Assembly (NCBI GenBank): GCA_050952645.1
Contig: JBMNLI010000007.1
Coordinates: 32,001-96,000 of the forward strand
DNA length: 64,000 nt
Source of the DNA: Bdellovibrionota bacterium
GTDB taxonomy: Bacteria; Bdellovibrionota_C; UBA2361; CAKMMH01
Reading direction: 5' to 3'
Every line of letters begins with the position of its first letter. Position 1 is the stretch's first letter. Positions 1 through 9,836 of this stretch are shown here, one piece after another. The notes below the pieces were generated by a model, which saw only the letters and a program-made list of their open reading frames with translations, had not been told where the DNA came from and did not search any database. The position numbers and the translations under genes are program-made.

Positions 1-1401
1 AGGGAGGAGCAACAGGTGGAATTGATTGAATTGATTATATCAGACAAAAATATAGATGAGGCTATAAAGGCTGTTAAGCGAAATAAAGGTGCATCTGGTG
101 TAGATGATATGCCAGTAGATGAGCTTGAAGACTATTTTGCCGTTCACAGAGAAGAGATAAAATCTCAGATACGTGAAGGGAATTATAAGCCGAGTCCAGT
201 TAAGAGAGTGTATATACCTAAAGCTAATGGTAAGATGAGACCTTTAGGAATACCTACAGTAGTAGATAGGGTAATTCAACAAGCGGTAGCGCAAATACTA
301 GCACGCGGATACGAAAAGTATTTTAGTAATAGTAGCTATGGCTTTAGACCTAGAAGGAATTGCCATCTAGCAGTATATAGAACTCTTGAGTACTTGAAAA
401 GAGGCTATGATTGGGTTATAGACCTAGACATAGAGAAATATTTTGATACTGTTAATCACGACAAATTAATTTCGATAATCAGGGAACGCATCAAAGATGC
501 GAAGACACTACGATTGATAAGACAGTTCTTAAGAGCTGGTATAATGGAAGATGGATTGTTTACTGTAAGTGAGAAAGGAGTTCCGCAAGGAGGTCCATTA
601 TCCCCAGTATTATCTAACATATACCTTGATAAGCTCGACAAGGAACTGGAAGCAAGAGGACTTAAGTTTGTTAGATATGCCGATGACTGTAATATATTTG
701 TTAGAAGTGAAAAGGCTGCTAATAGAGTAATGAAGTCCGTTGCGAGTTGGTTGGAGCGTAAGCTACGACTTAAAATTAATTCAAGTAAGAGTAAAATCTC
801 TAGGCCGACGGAAAGCACTTTCTTAGGCTTTACCTACTGGAAGAGTGGGTATAAAACTTGGAAATGTAAACCTGCTGAAGATCGCAAACGAAAACTCTAT
901 GATAAAACTAGAGAAATTCTTTGTAGACGGAAGGCAATGGCACGAACGTTAGGTTCGACATTTCAACAGCTAAGCTGGTTAATTAAAGGTTGGATAAACT
1001 ATTATAAGATAGGAACTCTTAAGACTTTTATAGATAAATATGGTCAATGGCTTAGACACAAAGTGAGGGTTATAATACTTAAACAGTGGAAATTGCCGAG
1101 ACGAATCTATCTAAATCTTAAGAAATTGAACCGAATGCTTGGTTGCAATTTTAGAAATGAAGAAATCTATAAGGTTGCTAACAGCAGACTCGGCTGGTAT
1201 AGACGCAGTTCGTGGTACGTAGTGAATTATGCATTAAGCCCTAAAATATTGGGGCGTAAAACAAAGGAACGAATTGGTTTAATCGACCCTTTGACGTATT
1301 ACCTGAGTATTACTTGATATTATATTAATGGAGCGCCGTATACGAGACCCGTACGTACGGTGCGACGGGAGGGAGAGGGTATAGCCCTCGCTCTACCCTA
1401 T
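1..1401 (+). mobile_element. Group II intron, class C/IIC, 3' part (5' end outside window)
   Basis: Short DV GAGCGCCGTATACGAGACCCGTACGTACGGTGC at ~1331-1363 with CGC triad; DVI hairpin ending CTACCCTAT at ~1401; RT ORF upstream. Confidence 0.9.
16..1317 (+). CDS. ltrA: Group II intron reverse transcriptase/maturase, no endonuclease domain
   Basis: NKGASGVD, RPLGIPTVVDR, GVPQGGPLSP and RYADD motifs, then maturase X domain (GWINYY); GGAGG SD before GTG start. Confidence 0.95.
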   Translation: MELIELIISDKNIDEAIKAVKRNKGASGVDDMPVDELEDYFAVHREEIKSQIREGNYKPSPVKRVYIPKANGKMRPLGIPTVVDRVIQQAVAQILARGYEKYFSNSSYGFRPRRNCHLAVYRTLEYLKRGYDWVIDLDIEKYFDTVNHDKLISIIRERIKDAKTLRLIRQFLRAGIMEDGLFTVSEKGVPQGGPLSPVLSNIYLDKLDKELEARGLKFVRYADDCNIFVRSEKAANRVMKSVASWLERKLRLKINSSKSKISRPTESTFLGFTYWKSGYKTWKCKPAEDRKRKLYDKTREILCRRKAMARTLGSTFQQLSWLIKGWINYYKIGTLKTFIDKYGQWLRHKVRVIILKQWKLPRRIYLNLKKLNRMLGCNFRNEEIYKVANSRLGWYRRSSWYVVNYALSPKILGRKTKERIGLIDPLTYYLSIT

Positions 1402-1406
1402 TATAT

Positions 1407-1465
1407 CTTTTATTATTTCTTTTATTATTTCTTTTATTATTTCTTTTATTATTTTCTTTATTATC
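1407..1465. repeat. Tandem repeat, 12-bp unit CTTTTATTATTT, 4-5 copies
   Basis: Read directly, just 3' of the intron. Confidence 0.85.
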
Positions 1466-1722
1466 TCTTAATTATTCGTTTCTTTTAATTTAGATTCCAA
1501 TTTTTGTTTTCAAATTATAAATTTTATAATTAAATTTTCTTGTAATATAAGTAGCTTTGCTAAGTAGTAGCAAATGCATAAAGTCTAAAGTAAAAGTAGT
1601 TAATGTTTTGCTAAAAACGTGGAGACCTAAATGCTTATTTAGGTTATATTTTGCTATTAAAATAAACCTAGTTATTTTCAATAAGTTATCTTTTAAAGGC
1701 GTTTTAAACTAAAAAAATAATT

Positions 1723-1749
1723 TAAGTTTCGTAATATTCTTGCCGTTAT
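1723..1749 (+). promoter_or_regulatory. Putative sigma28 (FliA) promoter of flagellin
   Basis: TAAG-N15-GCCGTTAT versus consensus TAAA-N15-GCCGATAA, ~190 bp upstream of flagellin. Confidence 0.65.
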
Positions 1750-1896
1750 ATTAAATTGAAAGGATTGAATGTGTGTGATTAAAGAAAGGTTTTTCTTGAA
1801 TGTGTGTGAAAATAATCTTTCATTTAAAGGTATCTTTTTTAAAGCGACTTTAAAAATAATCACTATTAGACAAAATAATTTGTTACACATTTTAAT

Positions 1897-1936
1897 CCTC
1901 CAAGGAAGGTAAATTAATTTATTTCAAGGAGGAAAT
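1897..1936 (+). promoter_or_regulatory. Two putative CsrA-binding GGA hairpins in the flagellin leader
   Basis: CCT-CCAAGGA-AGG (1897-1909) and ATTTC-AAGGAG-GAAAT (1921-1936), the latter over the SD. Confidence 0.6.
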
Positions 1937-1940
1937 GAAA

Positions 1941-2801
1941 ATGGCAATAACAATTGGTAGTAATATTACTTCTCTTAAAGCCCAAAGGCAGTTGACTAAA
2001 TCGACTGCAGGTCTTAGTGCAACGTACTCAAGACTAAGTTCGGGTTTAAGAATTAACAAAGCAAGCGATGACGCAGCAGGATTAGCAATCGCAGACTCAT
2101 TAAAAGCTGACCAAAGAGTAGCAGCAGTAGCTATAAGAAACGCTAATGATGGTATTTCAACTATAGCAATCGCTGACGGTGCTCTTTCTCAAGTGTCAGA
2201 CGTGTTAACTCGTTTAGCAGAGTTAGCAGAGCAATCGGCAAACGGTGTGTATTCAACATCGCAACGTAATGCTCTACAAAATGAGTTTAGCGCATTAGGT
2301 TCTGAGATACAACGTATCGCTACAACAACGGAGTTTAACGGCGTTAAACTTCTTGATGGAGCTGGCTCGGGTATTACTCTGCAAGTTGGCTTCGATTCTA
2401 AAGAAACATCTAGAATATCGATTACTAACGTAGCAGGTACTCTTCAAAGATTAGGCATAGGTAATGCTGATGGAGATATGACTATTTCTATTAGTGGTGA
2501 AACCATTGAAGAGGGGCAAGCTGCATCGAGAGACGCTCTAGATAAAGTAAACTTAGCAATCGGAAGCTTAGCATCTACTAGAGGTAATTTAGGTGCTGTA
2601 GAGTCAAGGTTATCAGTTACGATAAATAACCTAGAAGTTGCTAAGGAAAACTTTGCATCAGCAGAAAGCCAAATTAGAGACGTAGACGTGGCTTCAGAAG
2701 CTGCCGAGCTTACAAGATTAAATATCTTACAACAAGCAGGTGCTTCAGTTCTTGCTCAGGCAAACCAGCAACCAGCTATCGCTTTAAGCCTGTTAGCTTA
2801 A
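1941..2801 (+). CDS. fliC: Flagellin, short (mainly D0/D1)
   Basis: RLSSGLRINKASDDAAGLAIA and SQIRDVDVA..QANQQP termini; ATG 1941 fits SD spacing better than 1935. Confidence 0.95.
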   Translation: MAITIGSNITSLKAQRQLTKSTAGLSATYSRLSSGLRINKASDDAAGLAIADSLKADQRVAAVAIRNANDGISTIAIADGALSQVSDVLTRLAELAEQSANGVYSTSQRNALQNEFSALGSEIQRIATTTEFNGVKLLDGAGSGITLQVGFDSKETSRISITNVAGTLQRLGIGNADGDMTISISGETIEEGQAASRDALDKVNLAIGSLASTRGNLGAVESRLSVTINNLEVAKENFASAESQIRDVDVASEAAELTRLNILQQAGASVLAQANQQPAIALSLLA

Positions 2802-3002
2802 AACTTAATATAGCTGATTTAAAAGCTTTGTTTCTTTTAAGTTTTGCATAATAATGAGGTTAGCAAGCCATGTAGAATGGTGCTAACCTTAGCAAAACTT
2901 TAGCAAAACTTAAAGACGTAAAACTAAAATTTTTTTAAAGAGATGCTAAAGTTGTCCTAGTATCTCTTTTATAAGTAAAAGTTCTTTTACGGTATAATTT
3001 TT

Positions 3003-3066
3003 GGGCTTCGTGGGGTGAGTGATACTAATTTTAAGGTCTTAAACCTACCTTAAAACGTGAAGAGCC
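3003..3066 (+). mobile_element. Short copy of dispersed hairpin/MITE family
   Basis: GGGCTTCG..CTTAAAACGTGAAGAGCC flanked by direct repeat TAATTTTT (2995-3002, 3067-3074); nearly identical to 35171-35234. Confidence 0.7.
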
Positions 3067-3389
3067 TAATTTTTTAAATTTTAGTAGAAATTTATCGCAA
3101 AAGAAGCTGATTTCTAAAACAAGATTATAAAAAATCTGTTTTGTAGAAAACTTAAGGATAACAAGCAGTTATAAAGAATCTACTTCTATGGCTTTTGGCG
3201 TTTTGTAAAGATTTAGCTTAATCTTTAAATACATCAAGAGCCTTTTTCTTTTATTTTTCATCTATAAACATTGAGTTCTTAAAATATATAGCTCTTCATA
3301 TCTCTGACGTTTTTTTCTATAAAGAACTTTGTTAGAGTTTTAAAATGTATTAAAGATATGGAGGACTTTTTTTAAGGTTAATTTATTAG

Positions 3390-4058
3390 ATGAAAAAGAA
3401 AATAATAAAACTAATTATAGCATTATTTATTTTTACCGTAATATTTTTAGTCCCGAGTGCTTTTGCAAAGCCTATATATGTAATTAGAAAAAACGATGGT
3501 TCAGTTTTAATTACTAATAGGACGCCACCTAAGGGAACTAATGCCGTAGTTTATACGGGACAAAGAATATACAACAACACTAAAAGTGCATATGGCAATA
3601 CTCAAGGAACATTTAGCAGAGTTCAAGGGAGCAATGCTAGTAATAATAGTGGTTATGGGGGAAAATTATTTTTAAGATATTGCGACCTTATAAAGGATGT
3701 ATCACGTTATTATAATGTATCTGAAAGTTTGATAAGAAGTGTTATCCACGTTGAGTCTTTTTATAATCCATATGCAGTTTCTAAAAAAGGCGCTCAAGGG
3801 CTTATGCAACTAATGCCTTTTGTAGCTAAAGAGTTAGGAGTTTCAAACCCATTCGTTCCAGAGCAAAATATTGAGGGAGGAACTAGACTCTTGTCGAAAC
3901 TATTAAAAAAATATAACGGCAATAGGGCTCTTGCGCTTGCGGCTTATAATGCAGGTGAGGGGGCTGTCGATAAATTCAATGGTATCCCACCTTATAAAGA
4001 AACTAGAGATTATGTAAGAAAAGTTTTAGCCTTGCAAACACGCTATGAAAGGATGTAA
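3390..4058 (+). CDS. Secreted lytic transglycosylase (SLT domain)
   Basis: Signal peptide; VES, GAQGLMQLM and ALAAYNAG motifs. Confidence 0.92.
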   Translation: MKKKIIKLIIALFIFTVIFLVPSAFAKPIYVIRKNDGSVLITNRTPPKGTNAVVYTGQRIYNNTKSAYGNTQGTFSRVQGSNASNNSGYGGKLFLRYCDLIKDVSRYYNVSESLIRSVIHVESFYNPYAVSKKGAQGLMQLMPFVAKELGVSNPFVPEQNIEGGTRLLSKLLKKYNGNRALALAAYNAGEGAVDKFNGIPPYKETRDYVRKVLALQTRYERM

Positions 4059-4106
4059 ACTCTTTTAAGAAGTTTGCAAGTTTGCAAAAATTGCGTTTAG
4101 CGAAGC

Positions 4107-4153
4107 TTAAGGAAAATTTGCGTTTAGCGAAGCTAAGTGTAAATTTTCCTTGG
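4107..4153 (+). repeat. Long hairpin capped by GCGAAGC, related to inner module of the repeat family
   Basis: TAAGGAAAATTTGCGTTTAGC-GAA-GCTAAGTGTAAATTTTCCTTG with G-U pairs. Confidence 0.6.
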
Positions 4154-4298
4154 GCTCTTTGAGTGTGCATGGTTATGTGCTAATTATCTGGCTATATTTA
4201 ACTTTAGTTTGCAAGTTTGCAAAAATTTTTGTTTAGTTCCTAATATTTATAACGTGAAGAATTAGAATTTTTTTAAATTTTGTTATTAGTAAAAAATT

Positions 4299-4859
4299 AT
4301 GAAAAGACTACCTAATATTCTTACATTTACTCGTTTGTTTTTAGTTCCATTGATGGCTATTTTTATGCTTTTTCCTTATTCGCCATATATTTATATTGCT
4401 ATGGCATTATTTATTATTGCTGGACTTACAGATTTTGTTGATGGTTATTTTGCTAGAAAGTATGATGCGGTGACGGATTTGGGAAAAATTCTCGACCCCA
4501 TAGCAGATAAATTGCTAGTAATGATTACTCTTATTATGTTTTTAGGTATAAAAACTGGGAATGGTGGCAGACCTTGGGTATCTGTTATATTAGTGGCGAT
4601 TATTTTTGCGAGAGAAATTTGGATTATGGGATTAAGAACTGTGGCATCTGCAAAAGGAGTAGTTGTTCCTGCTTCAAAGGTTGCAAAATATAAAACTACA
4701 TTTCAAATGATAGCGATTGGATTTTTATTTTTAAGTAATTATACATTTCCTTTTCTTTTATGGGATTGTTGCACTATAGGCAATTTCTTGCTTTTAATTT
4801 CCACAATTTTATCTGTAATAAGTGCAGTCGATTATTCAAAAAGAATTTTAAGTTTATAG
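4299..4859 (+). CDS. pgsA: CDP-diacylglycerol--glycerol-3-phosphate 3-phosphatidyltransferase
   Basis: PNILT..R and DFVDGYFAR..GKILDPIADK CDP-alcohol phosphotransferase motif. Confidence 0.93.
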   Translation: MKRLPNILTFTRLFLVPLMAIFMLFPYSPYIYIAMALFIIAGLTDFVDGYFARKYDAVTDLGKILDPIADKLLVMITLIMFLGIKTGNGGRPWVSVILVAIIFAREIWIMGLRTVASAKGVVVPASKVAKYKTTFQMIAIGFLFLSNYTFPFLLWDCCTIGNFLLLISTILSVISAVDYSKRILSL

Positions 4860-5131
4860 AGAAATTTGAAACGTTTGTTAAATACTTATTTCATTACAGT
4901 TATTATTTTTATATTGTGAATTAAGGTTTGTAATTATATAATCTTCTTTAACCGAGTTATTTTTATTACTTATCGTAATGTATTTATAGCAGTATATACT
5001 TTTTTAAGTTTTAAAATTTTCCAAATATTATTTTCAAAAATATAATTTTTTTAAAATGTTGTAAAAGTATTATATAAGATTTTAATTATGTTAAACCTAA
5101 ATAACAACCAAAAAAATTTTATCAAAAATAG

Positions 5132-8100
5132 GTGCAAGCTCTATCTAAAGATTGTCCTACTATATGTAAATTTTGGATTACGGCTTATAATTTAGCATTA
5201 TCGAAAAAGGTGGCAACCCCTAAGCAACTAGGCTTTAAATATTTTGAGTTAAAAGGGGAGCCGTGTATAGCTAAGTATGCTATTTTAATTCCTGGTATAA
5301 AATTAGATAATGATAGTATAAAGACTACTAAACTCCCTGGGAGTTTGTGGAAGAAGGAAGAATATGCAGATTTTGTTCCCGTTGATAAAGAAAGTGAGAC
5401 GATAAAACTTAGGACAATGAAGGGAGGGAAGATTTTTATTAAGTCTGGTATAATATTAGATATATTTAAGTTGTTAGATGAGGAGTTTCCTGTAGCAGGT
5501 TCGTTTCATGTAGGTTTTTTTAGGACTGCGCAAATTTTCGATACATCTAGTTCACCTAAGGGGAGTTCGTCTAGTAGTAGTTCATCATCTAGCAGTTCAT
5601 CGTCTAGTAGGAGTAGTAGTTTATCTAGTAGCAGTGCATCTAGTAGTAGCAGCTCATCTCTAAGTTCTTCTAGCAGTAGTAGTTTAAGTAGTTCTAGCTC
5701 ATCACCAAGTAGTAGTTCGTCTAGTTCTTTAAGTTCAAGCTTATCATCTAGTAGTAGTAGTTCATCTAGTAAGAGTTCGTCTTCTAGTAGCAAAAGTAGC
5801 TCATCTAGTTCTTCTAGCAGTTCTTTAAATCCTAGTTCATCTTCTAGTAGTAAGAGTCCGTCGTTTAGCAGTTCAAGTAAGAGCAGTTCTAGTTCTAGTA
5901 AGAGTTCTTCGCCTAGTAGTAGTAGTTCATCTAGTTCTTTAAGTTTAAGTTCTTCTTCTAGTAAGAGCAGTTCGTCTAGTAGCAGTTCTTTAAGTTCTAG
6001 TTTATCGTCTAGTAGTAGTAAAAGCAGTTCTAGTTCTAGTAAGAGTTCATCGTCAAGTAGCTCTTTAAGTCCTAGTTCAAGCAAGAGTTCTTCATCTAGC
6101 AGTTCTAGCTCTTCATCTAGTAAGAGTTCATCGTCATTTAGCAAAAGCAGTTCGAGCAAGAGTAGTTCGCCAAGTAGCAGTTCTTCTAGTTCTTTAAGTA
6201 GTAAGAGTAGCTCACCAAGTTCATCAAGTAAAAGCAGTTCATCACCTAGTAGTAGTTCTTCTTCTAGTAGTTTAAGTAGCTTGCCACCAGAGCCTCCTAT
6301 TACATCGCCTAGCACTAGTTCTTATTCTAGTAGTTCTTCGTCTAGTAGTAGTAAGAAGCCACCACTACCGCCAGTAAATCCATCTAGTAGTAGCTTTTCT
6401 AGTGAAAGTGAAGATTCCACTTCGAGTGTGCCAGTTGGTGGCTGCAAACCAGATGAAGATTTTTGTTTTGGATTATGTTGCAAGAAAGGAATGTGTCGTT
6501 ATATGACCGATGGGCTTGGAAATGTTATTGCTTGGTGGTGTGATACTCAAAGTTCTTCAGCATCATCTTTACCGCCAGTAATTATAAGTGAAAGTTTTTC
6601 TTCTTTCTCGAGTGAAAGCTCATCAGAAAGTAGCTTATCTAGTGAGAGTTCGTCTGAGAGTTCTTTTGAAAGTGTTTCTGAAAGTGTTTTATCGAGTGAA
6701 AGTGAAAGTTCGGCTAGTTTTTCTTCAGCGTGTCCTCCTGAGAGGCAGTGTGATTATCTTTGTTGTGAAGAGGGGGAGGAGTGTAAAACGTATTTACAAG
6801 AAAATGCAGACGGTGAGATTATTCCAATTCCTAGTTGTGAGAAAGTGAGTGAAAGCTCGTCTAGTTTTTCTTCTGAGACGTTTAGCAGTGAAAGTTTATC
6901 TAGTGCTTCTTTAGCGTGTCCTTCTGATAGGCAGTGTGGGCATTTATGTTGCGAGGAAGGCGAAACGTGTAGTATAGAGGTGCAGGAAGAAGGAGAAGAT
7001 ATTTATATCGTATATAATTGTGTAAAAGAGAGTGTAAGTTCTAGTGAAAGCTCTTTAAAAAGTGTAGCTTCGAGCGAAAGCTTAGAAAGTAGTAGTTCAA
7101 GCAGTTCTTCTAGTTCTTTAAGTTCTAGTTCGAGTAAGAGTAGCTCACCAAGTTCATCATCTCCAAGTAGTTCAAGCAGTTCTTCTAGCTCTTCACCTAG
7201 TAGTAGCAGTTCGCCTAGTTCTTCTAGTAGTTCTAGTAAAAGCAGTTCGAGTTCATCTAGTTCTAGTAAGAGTAGCTCGCCTAGTTCATCTAGTTTAAGT
7301 AGCTCTTCTTCTAGTTCATCATCTTCAAGTAGTTCAAGCAGTTCTTCTAGTTCTTTAAGTTCTAGTTCATCATCTAGTTTTAGTAGTAGCAGTTCTTCTT
7401 CATGCAGTGAAGGTACGGAAATGTGCGGAGACGTTTGTTGCGACCCTAATAAATGTAATTCTGATACTTGTTGCCCTAACGAAGATCCTGTGCCGTGTGG
7501 AGATGAGCCGTGTTGTGATAGAAATCAATGTAATTCTGATGATTTCTGTTGCCCATCTGATCAAGTTCCGCTAAATGATGAGTGCGTAGATCCTTGTGAT
7601 AATTGTTGCGATGATAGAGAAGATACTTTTGTATATACAAATTCTTATGGGACTGAAATAACTCGTTGTTGTCCTCAAGGGACTGTTTATCGCACACCAC
7701 AAGGTAATTTATGGTGTGATGCTAACACATGTCGAAATGGTGATGGAACTGTAAATGCGACAGAAAAGCCGTGCAAAGTTGGTTATATTTATTCTTCGCA
7801 TCCTCACCCTGTTTTTGTGTGTTGTCGCCCAGAGCTATGCATAGCAGATGAAAATAATCCAGGTTATTATATATGCGATAACCAGTCTAGCAGTAGCGTT
7901 TCTTCTTCGCAAAGTCAAGATAGCGATAGCTTATCTAGTAGTAGTTTATCTTCAAGCAGTAGTTCATTATCTAGTAGCTCATCTAGTAAAAGTTCTTCTT
8001 CAAGTAGTAGTTCGCTATCTAGTTACTCATCTAGTAGCGATACTAGTAAAGAATCTATTTCCTCTGCTTCTATTTGTGTAAATGGAAGTGATGCAAGAGG

Positions 8101-8602
8101 AAATTGTTGTGAAGATGGGACAACAGAATGTGGTGATGTGTGTTGTACTATTGGAAAGTGTTTAAAAGCTCGTCGTGAATGTTGCCCAGAAGGGACTACT
8201 CCAAATGAAACTACAAAAAAATGTGAGGCACAGTGTTCAGATTGTTGCGACCTTGAATATGAATATCAGGTATATAGCAATATGTATGGTATGCAGGTTA
8301 TCACGTGTTGCCCAATTGGTGCTACGTGCGATGATTCTGGAAATGTTCAATGTGTAGGAGGGAAAACCCTTAGAACTGTTTATGCATATAGTACCGACCC
8401 AAATACTTATAAGAGTTATAGTGGGTGCTGTATAGATGAAAATTGGGAGCCAAATGGACAATTTGTTCCATGTTCTGGTTGTGTTCCTATTCAATTATAT
8501 AAATGTGGAAGTGGTTCTACTAGTAGTTCAATATCTGAAAGTACATCTATAGATAGCTTAGATGCAAGCACTTCGGCTACTAGTCATAGTAGTAATACGT
8601 GA
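5132..8602 (+). CDS. Large Ser-rich/Cys-rich repetitive protein of unknown function; start uncertain
   Basis: 1156-aa open frame; poly-Ser tracts alternate with repeated C-x5-C-x3-CC modules; no signal peptide seen. Confidence 0.8.
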   Translation: MQALSKDCPTICKFWITAYNLALSKKVATPKQLGFKYFELKGEPCIAKYAILIPGIKLDNDSIKTTKLPGSLWKKEEYADFVPVDKESETIKLRTMKGGKIFIKSGIILDIFKLLDEEFPVAGSFHVGFFRTAQIFDTSSSPKGSSSSSSSSSSSSSSSRSSSLSSSSASSSSSSSLSSSSSSSLSSSSSSPSSSSSSSLSSSLSSSSSSSSSKSSSSSSKSSSSSSSSSSLNPSSSSSSKSPSFSSSSKSSSSSSKSSSPSSSSSSSSLSLSSSSSKSSSSSSSSLSSSLSSSSSKSSSSSSKSSSSSSSLSPSSSKSSSSSSSSSSSSKSSSSFSKSSSSKSSSPSSSSSSSLSSKSSSPSSSSKSSSSPSSSSSSSSLSSLPPEPPITSPSTSSYSSSSSSSSSKKPPLPPVNPSSSSFSSESEDSTSSVPVGGCKPDEDFCFGLCCKKGMCRYMTDGLGNVIAWWCDTQSSSASSLPPVIISESFSSFSSESSSESSLSSESSSESSFESVSESVLSSESESSASFSSACPPERQCDYLCCEEGEECKTYLQENADGEIIPIPSCEKVSESSSSFSSETFSSESLSSASLACPSDRQCGHLCCEEGETCSIEVQEEGEDIYIVYNCVKESVSSSESSLKSVASSESLESSSSSSSSSSLSSSSSKSSSPSSSSPSSSSSSSSSSPSSSSSPSSSSSSSKSSSSSSSSSKSSSPSSSSLSSSSSSSSSSSSSSSSSSSLSSSSSSSFSSSSSSSCSEGTEMCGDVCCDPNKCNSDTCCPNEDPVPCGDEPCCDRNQCNSDDFCCPSDQVPLNDECVDPCDNCCDDREDTFVYTNSYGTEITRCCPQGTVYRTPQGNLWCDANTCRNGDGTVNATEKPCKVGYIYSSHPHPVFVCCRPELCIADENNPGYYICDNQSSSSVSSSQSQDSDSLSSSSLSSSSSSLSSSSSSKSSSSSSSSLSSYSSSSDTSKESISSASICVNGSDARGNCCEDGTTECGDVCCTIGKCLKARRECCPEGTTPNETTKKCEAQCSDCCDLEYEYQVYSNMYGMQVITCCPIGATCDDSGNVQCVGGKTLRTVYAYSTDPNTYKSYSGCCIDENWEPNGQFVPCSGCVPIQLYKCGSGSTSSSISESTSIDSLDASTSATSHSSNT

Positions 8603-8630
8603 TTATAAAATCTTATTAAATAAAAAAATA

Positions 8631-8655
8631 GGCAAGAAGAAAATTTCTTCTTGCC
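8631..8655 (-). terminator. Intrinsic terminator between convergent genes
   Basis: GGCAAGAAGA/TCTTCTTGCC stem followed by a T-run on the minus strand. Confidence 0.7.
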
Positions 8656-8691
8656 CTTCAATGGAAAGCTAGCTAAATGCAAAGGTTTTCA

Positions 8692-9444
8692 TTATTTATA
8701 AATCTCAATAACGTAAAGTATTCTTTCTAAAATACCTTCATTCTTGTTTTCACGATTTAAACCAATGATGTAGACATTTTCCTTAGTAAACATTCCAAAA
8801 GTTGCGGCTTTACACATCCACCAATGATTTTGAAATTGAATTCCAGAGTCTAATGTATACTCATCTTGCATGGATTTCAAAAACACCCCAGGATCTAAGA
8901 TTACATCTTCACCATTACTATCAGCGACATATCTTTTTTCCCTTACAATAGGGTTAAGCGTATTGATTCCATCAATTAATGGCTTTTTACTCTTATTAAC
9001 CCAAATATAAGGGCTAGCATCTATTGGCTCTTTATCAAAATCCCAATTGTAATCGAGTCTTCCGTAAAAATCTTCTTCACTGTCTTCAACGACAGTAATT
9101 TTCTTTGAATAATTCTCTATCTTTTTAGGTTTAGCTCTTCCATCCCTGAACCAATAGCCATCTTTTTCAACAGCACTAACGATTTTAGAAAGCTCGTTGT
9201 TAATAGGTTCAGTGCTAACTTGTGAAACCTCTTCATTGAGAAGATTAGTTGCATCGACTGCCTTTGTAGCTTCTTGATTTTCATCGACTGCATCGTTTGG
9301 ATAAGATGCTACGTTGTCATTTTTTTCCACCTTAGTTGCGTCGGGTGGAACGATGGGAGTTTCTGGTTTTTTTTCTTTGCAACCTCCAAGAAGCAAGCAA
9401 AGGGAAACGACAAATAAGGCTGACAGGATAGAAAATTTATTCAT
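8692..9444 (-). CDS. Lipoprotein of unknown function, paralog 1
   Basis: Start 9444 (MNKFSIL..LLGGC lipobox) with AGGAG SD; shares KDGYWF and IWxNKxKKPL with paralog 2. Confidence 0.85.
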   Translation of the reverse strand: MNKFSILSALFVVSLCLLLGGCKEKKPETPIVPPDATKVEKNDNVASYPNDAVDENQEATKAVDATNLLNEEVSQVSTEPINNELSKIVSAVEKDGYWFRDGRAKPKKIENYSKKITVVEDSEEDFYGRLDYNWDFDKEPIDASPYIWVNKSKKPLIDGINTLNPIVREKRYVADSNGEDVILDPGVFLKSMQDEYTLDSGIQFQNHWWMCKAATFGMFTKENVYIIGLNRENKNEGILERILYVIEIYK

Positions 9445-9676
9445 TTTCTTTCTCCTTTTTTTTCTAGTTATCAAACATGTAAAACATATTTGAAAATATC
9501 TTTGGAACGCTTTACATAAACCCATATTATGTAAAGTTTTGCGTTAGATCCTAGCGATATAGTAAAGAATATTGCAAATCTTACGCAAATATACATATAA
9601 AATCAAAATTCTTATCAATTTAAATCAAAGAAACTTTGATAATGACAACCTTAAAGTGTTCTTAAACACTTTAATT

Positions 9677-9705
9677 ATTTTCTCAAAAATAAGCTTTTTA
9701 GTCAA
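9677..9705 (-). promoter_or_regulatory. Putative sigma70 promoter, duplicated at 10696-10724
   Basis: TTGACT-N17-GAAAAT upstream of both lipoprotein paralogs. Confidence 0.55.
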
Positions 9706-9780
9706 TTTTTATGAATATACGTTAGAGTTTTTTTTGTGGGGAGACATTTTTTATATAGATATGTATTGATGTTAAATAAA

Positions 9781-9827
9781 ATTTTAGGCAAGGATAACAG
9801 ATAGTTTGCCGTTTCCTTGCCTAAAAT
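9781..9827 (-). terminator. Hairpin/terminator after lipoprotein paralog 2
   Basis: 14-bp stem ATTTTAGGCAAGGA/TCCTTGCCTAAAAT. Confidence 0.6.
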
Positions 9828-9836
9828 AAGGTAAAA

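Noticed and set aside
1..1401. RT as retron, DGR or defence RT
   Set aside because: Maturase domain and adjacent DV/DVI identify a group II intron
5088..5150. Pilin/TadE-like leader (KIGASSI) for the Ser-rich protein
   Set aside because: Different frame, immediately followed by a stop, no hydrophobic helix
5506..6315. 269-aa Leu/Glu-rich minus-strand ORF
   Set aside because: Antisense shadow of poly-Ser codons
9445..9525. N-terminal extension of the lipoprotein ORF
   Set aside because: SD and lipoprotein signal fit ATG 9444
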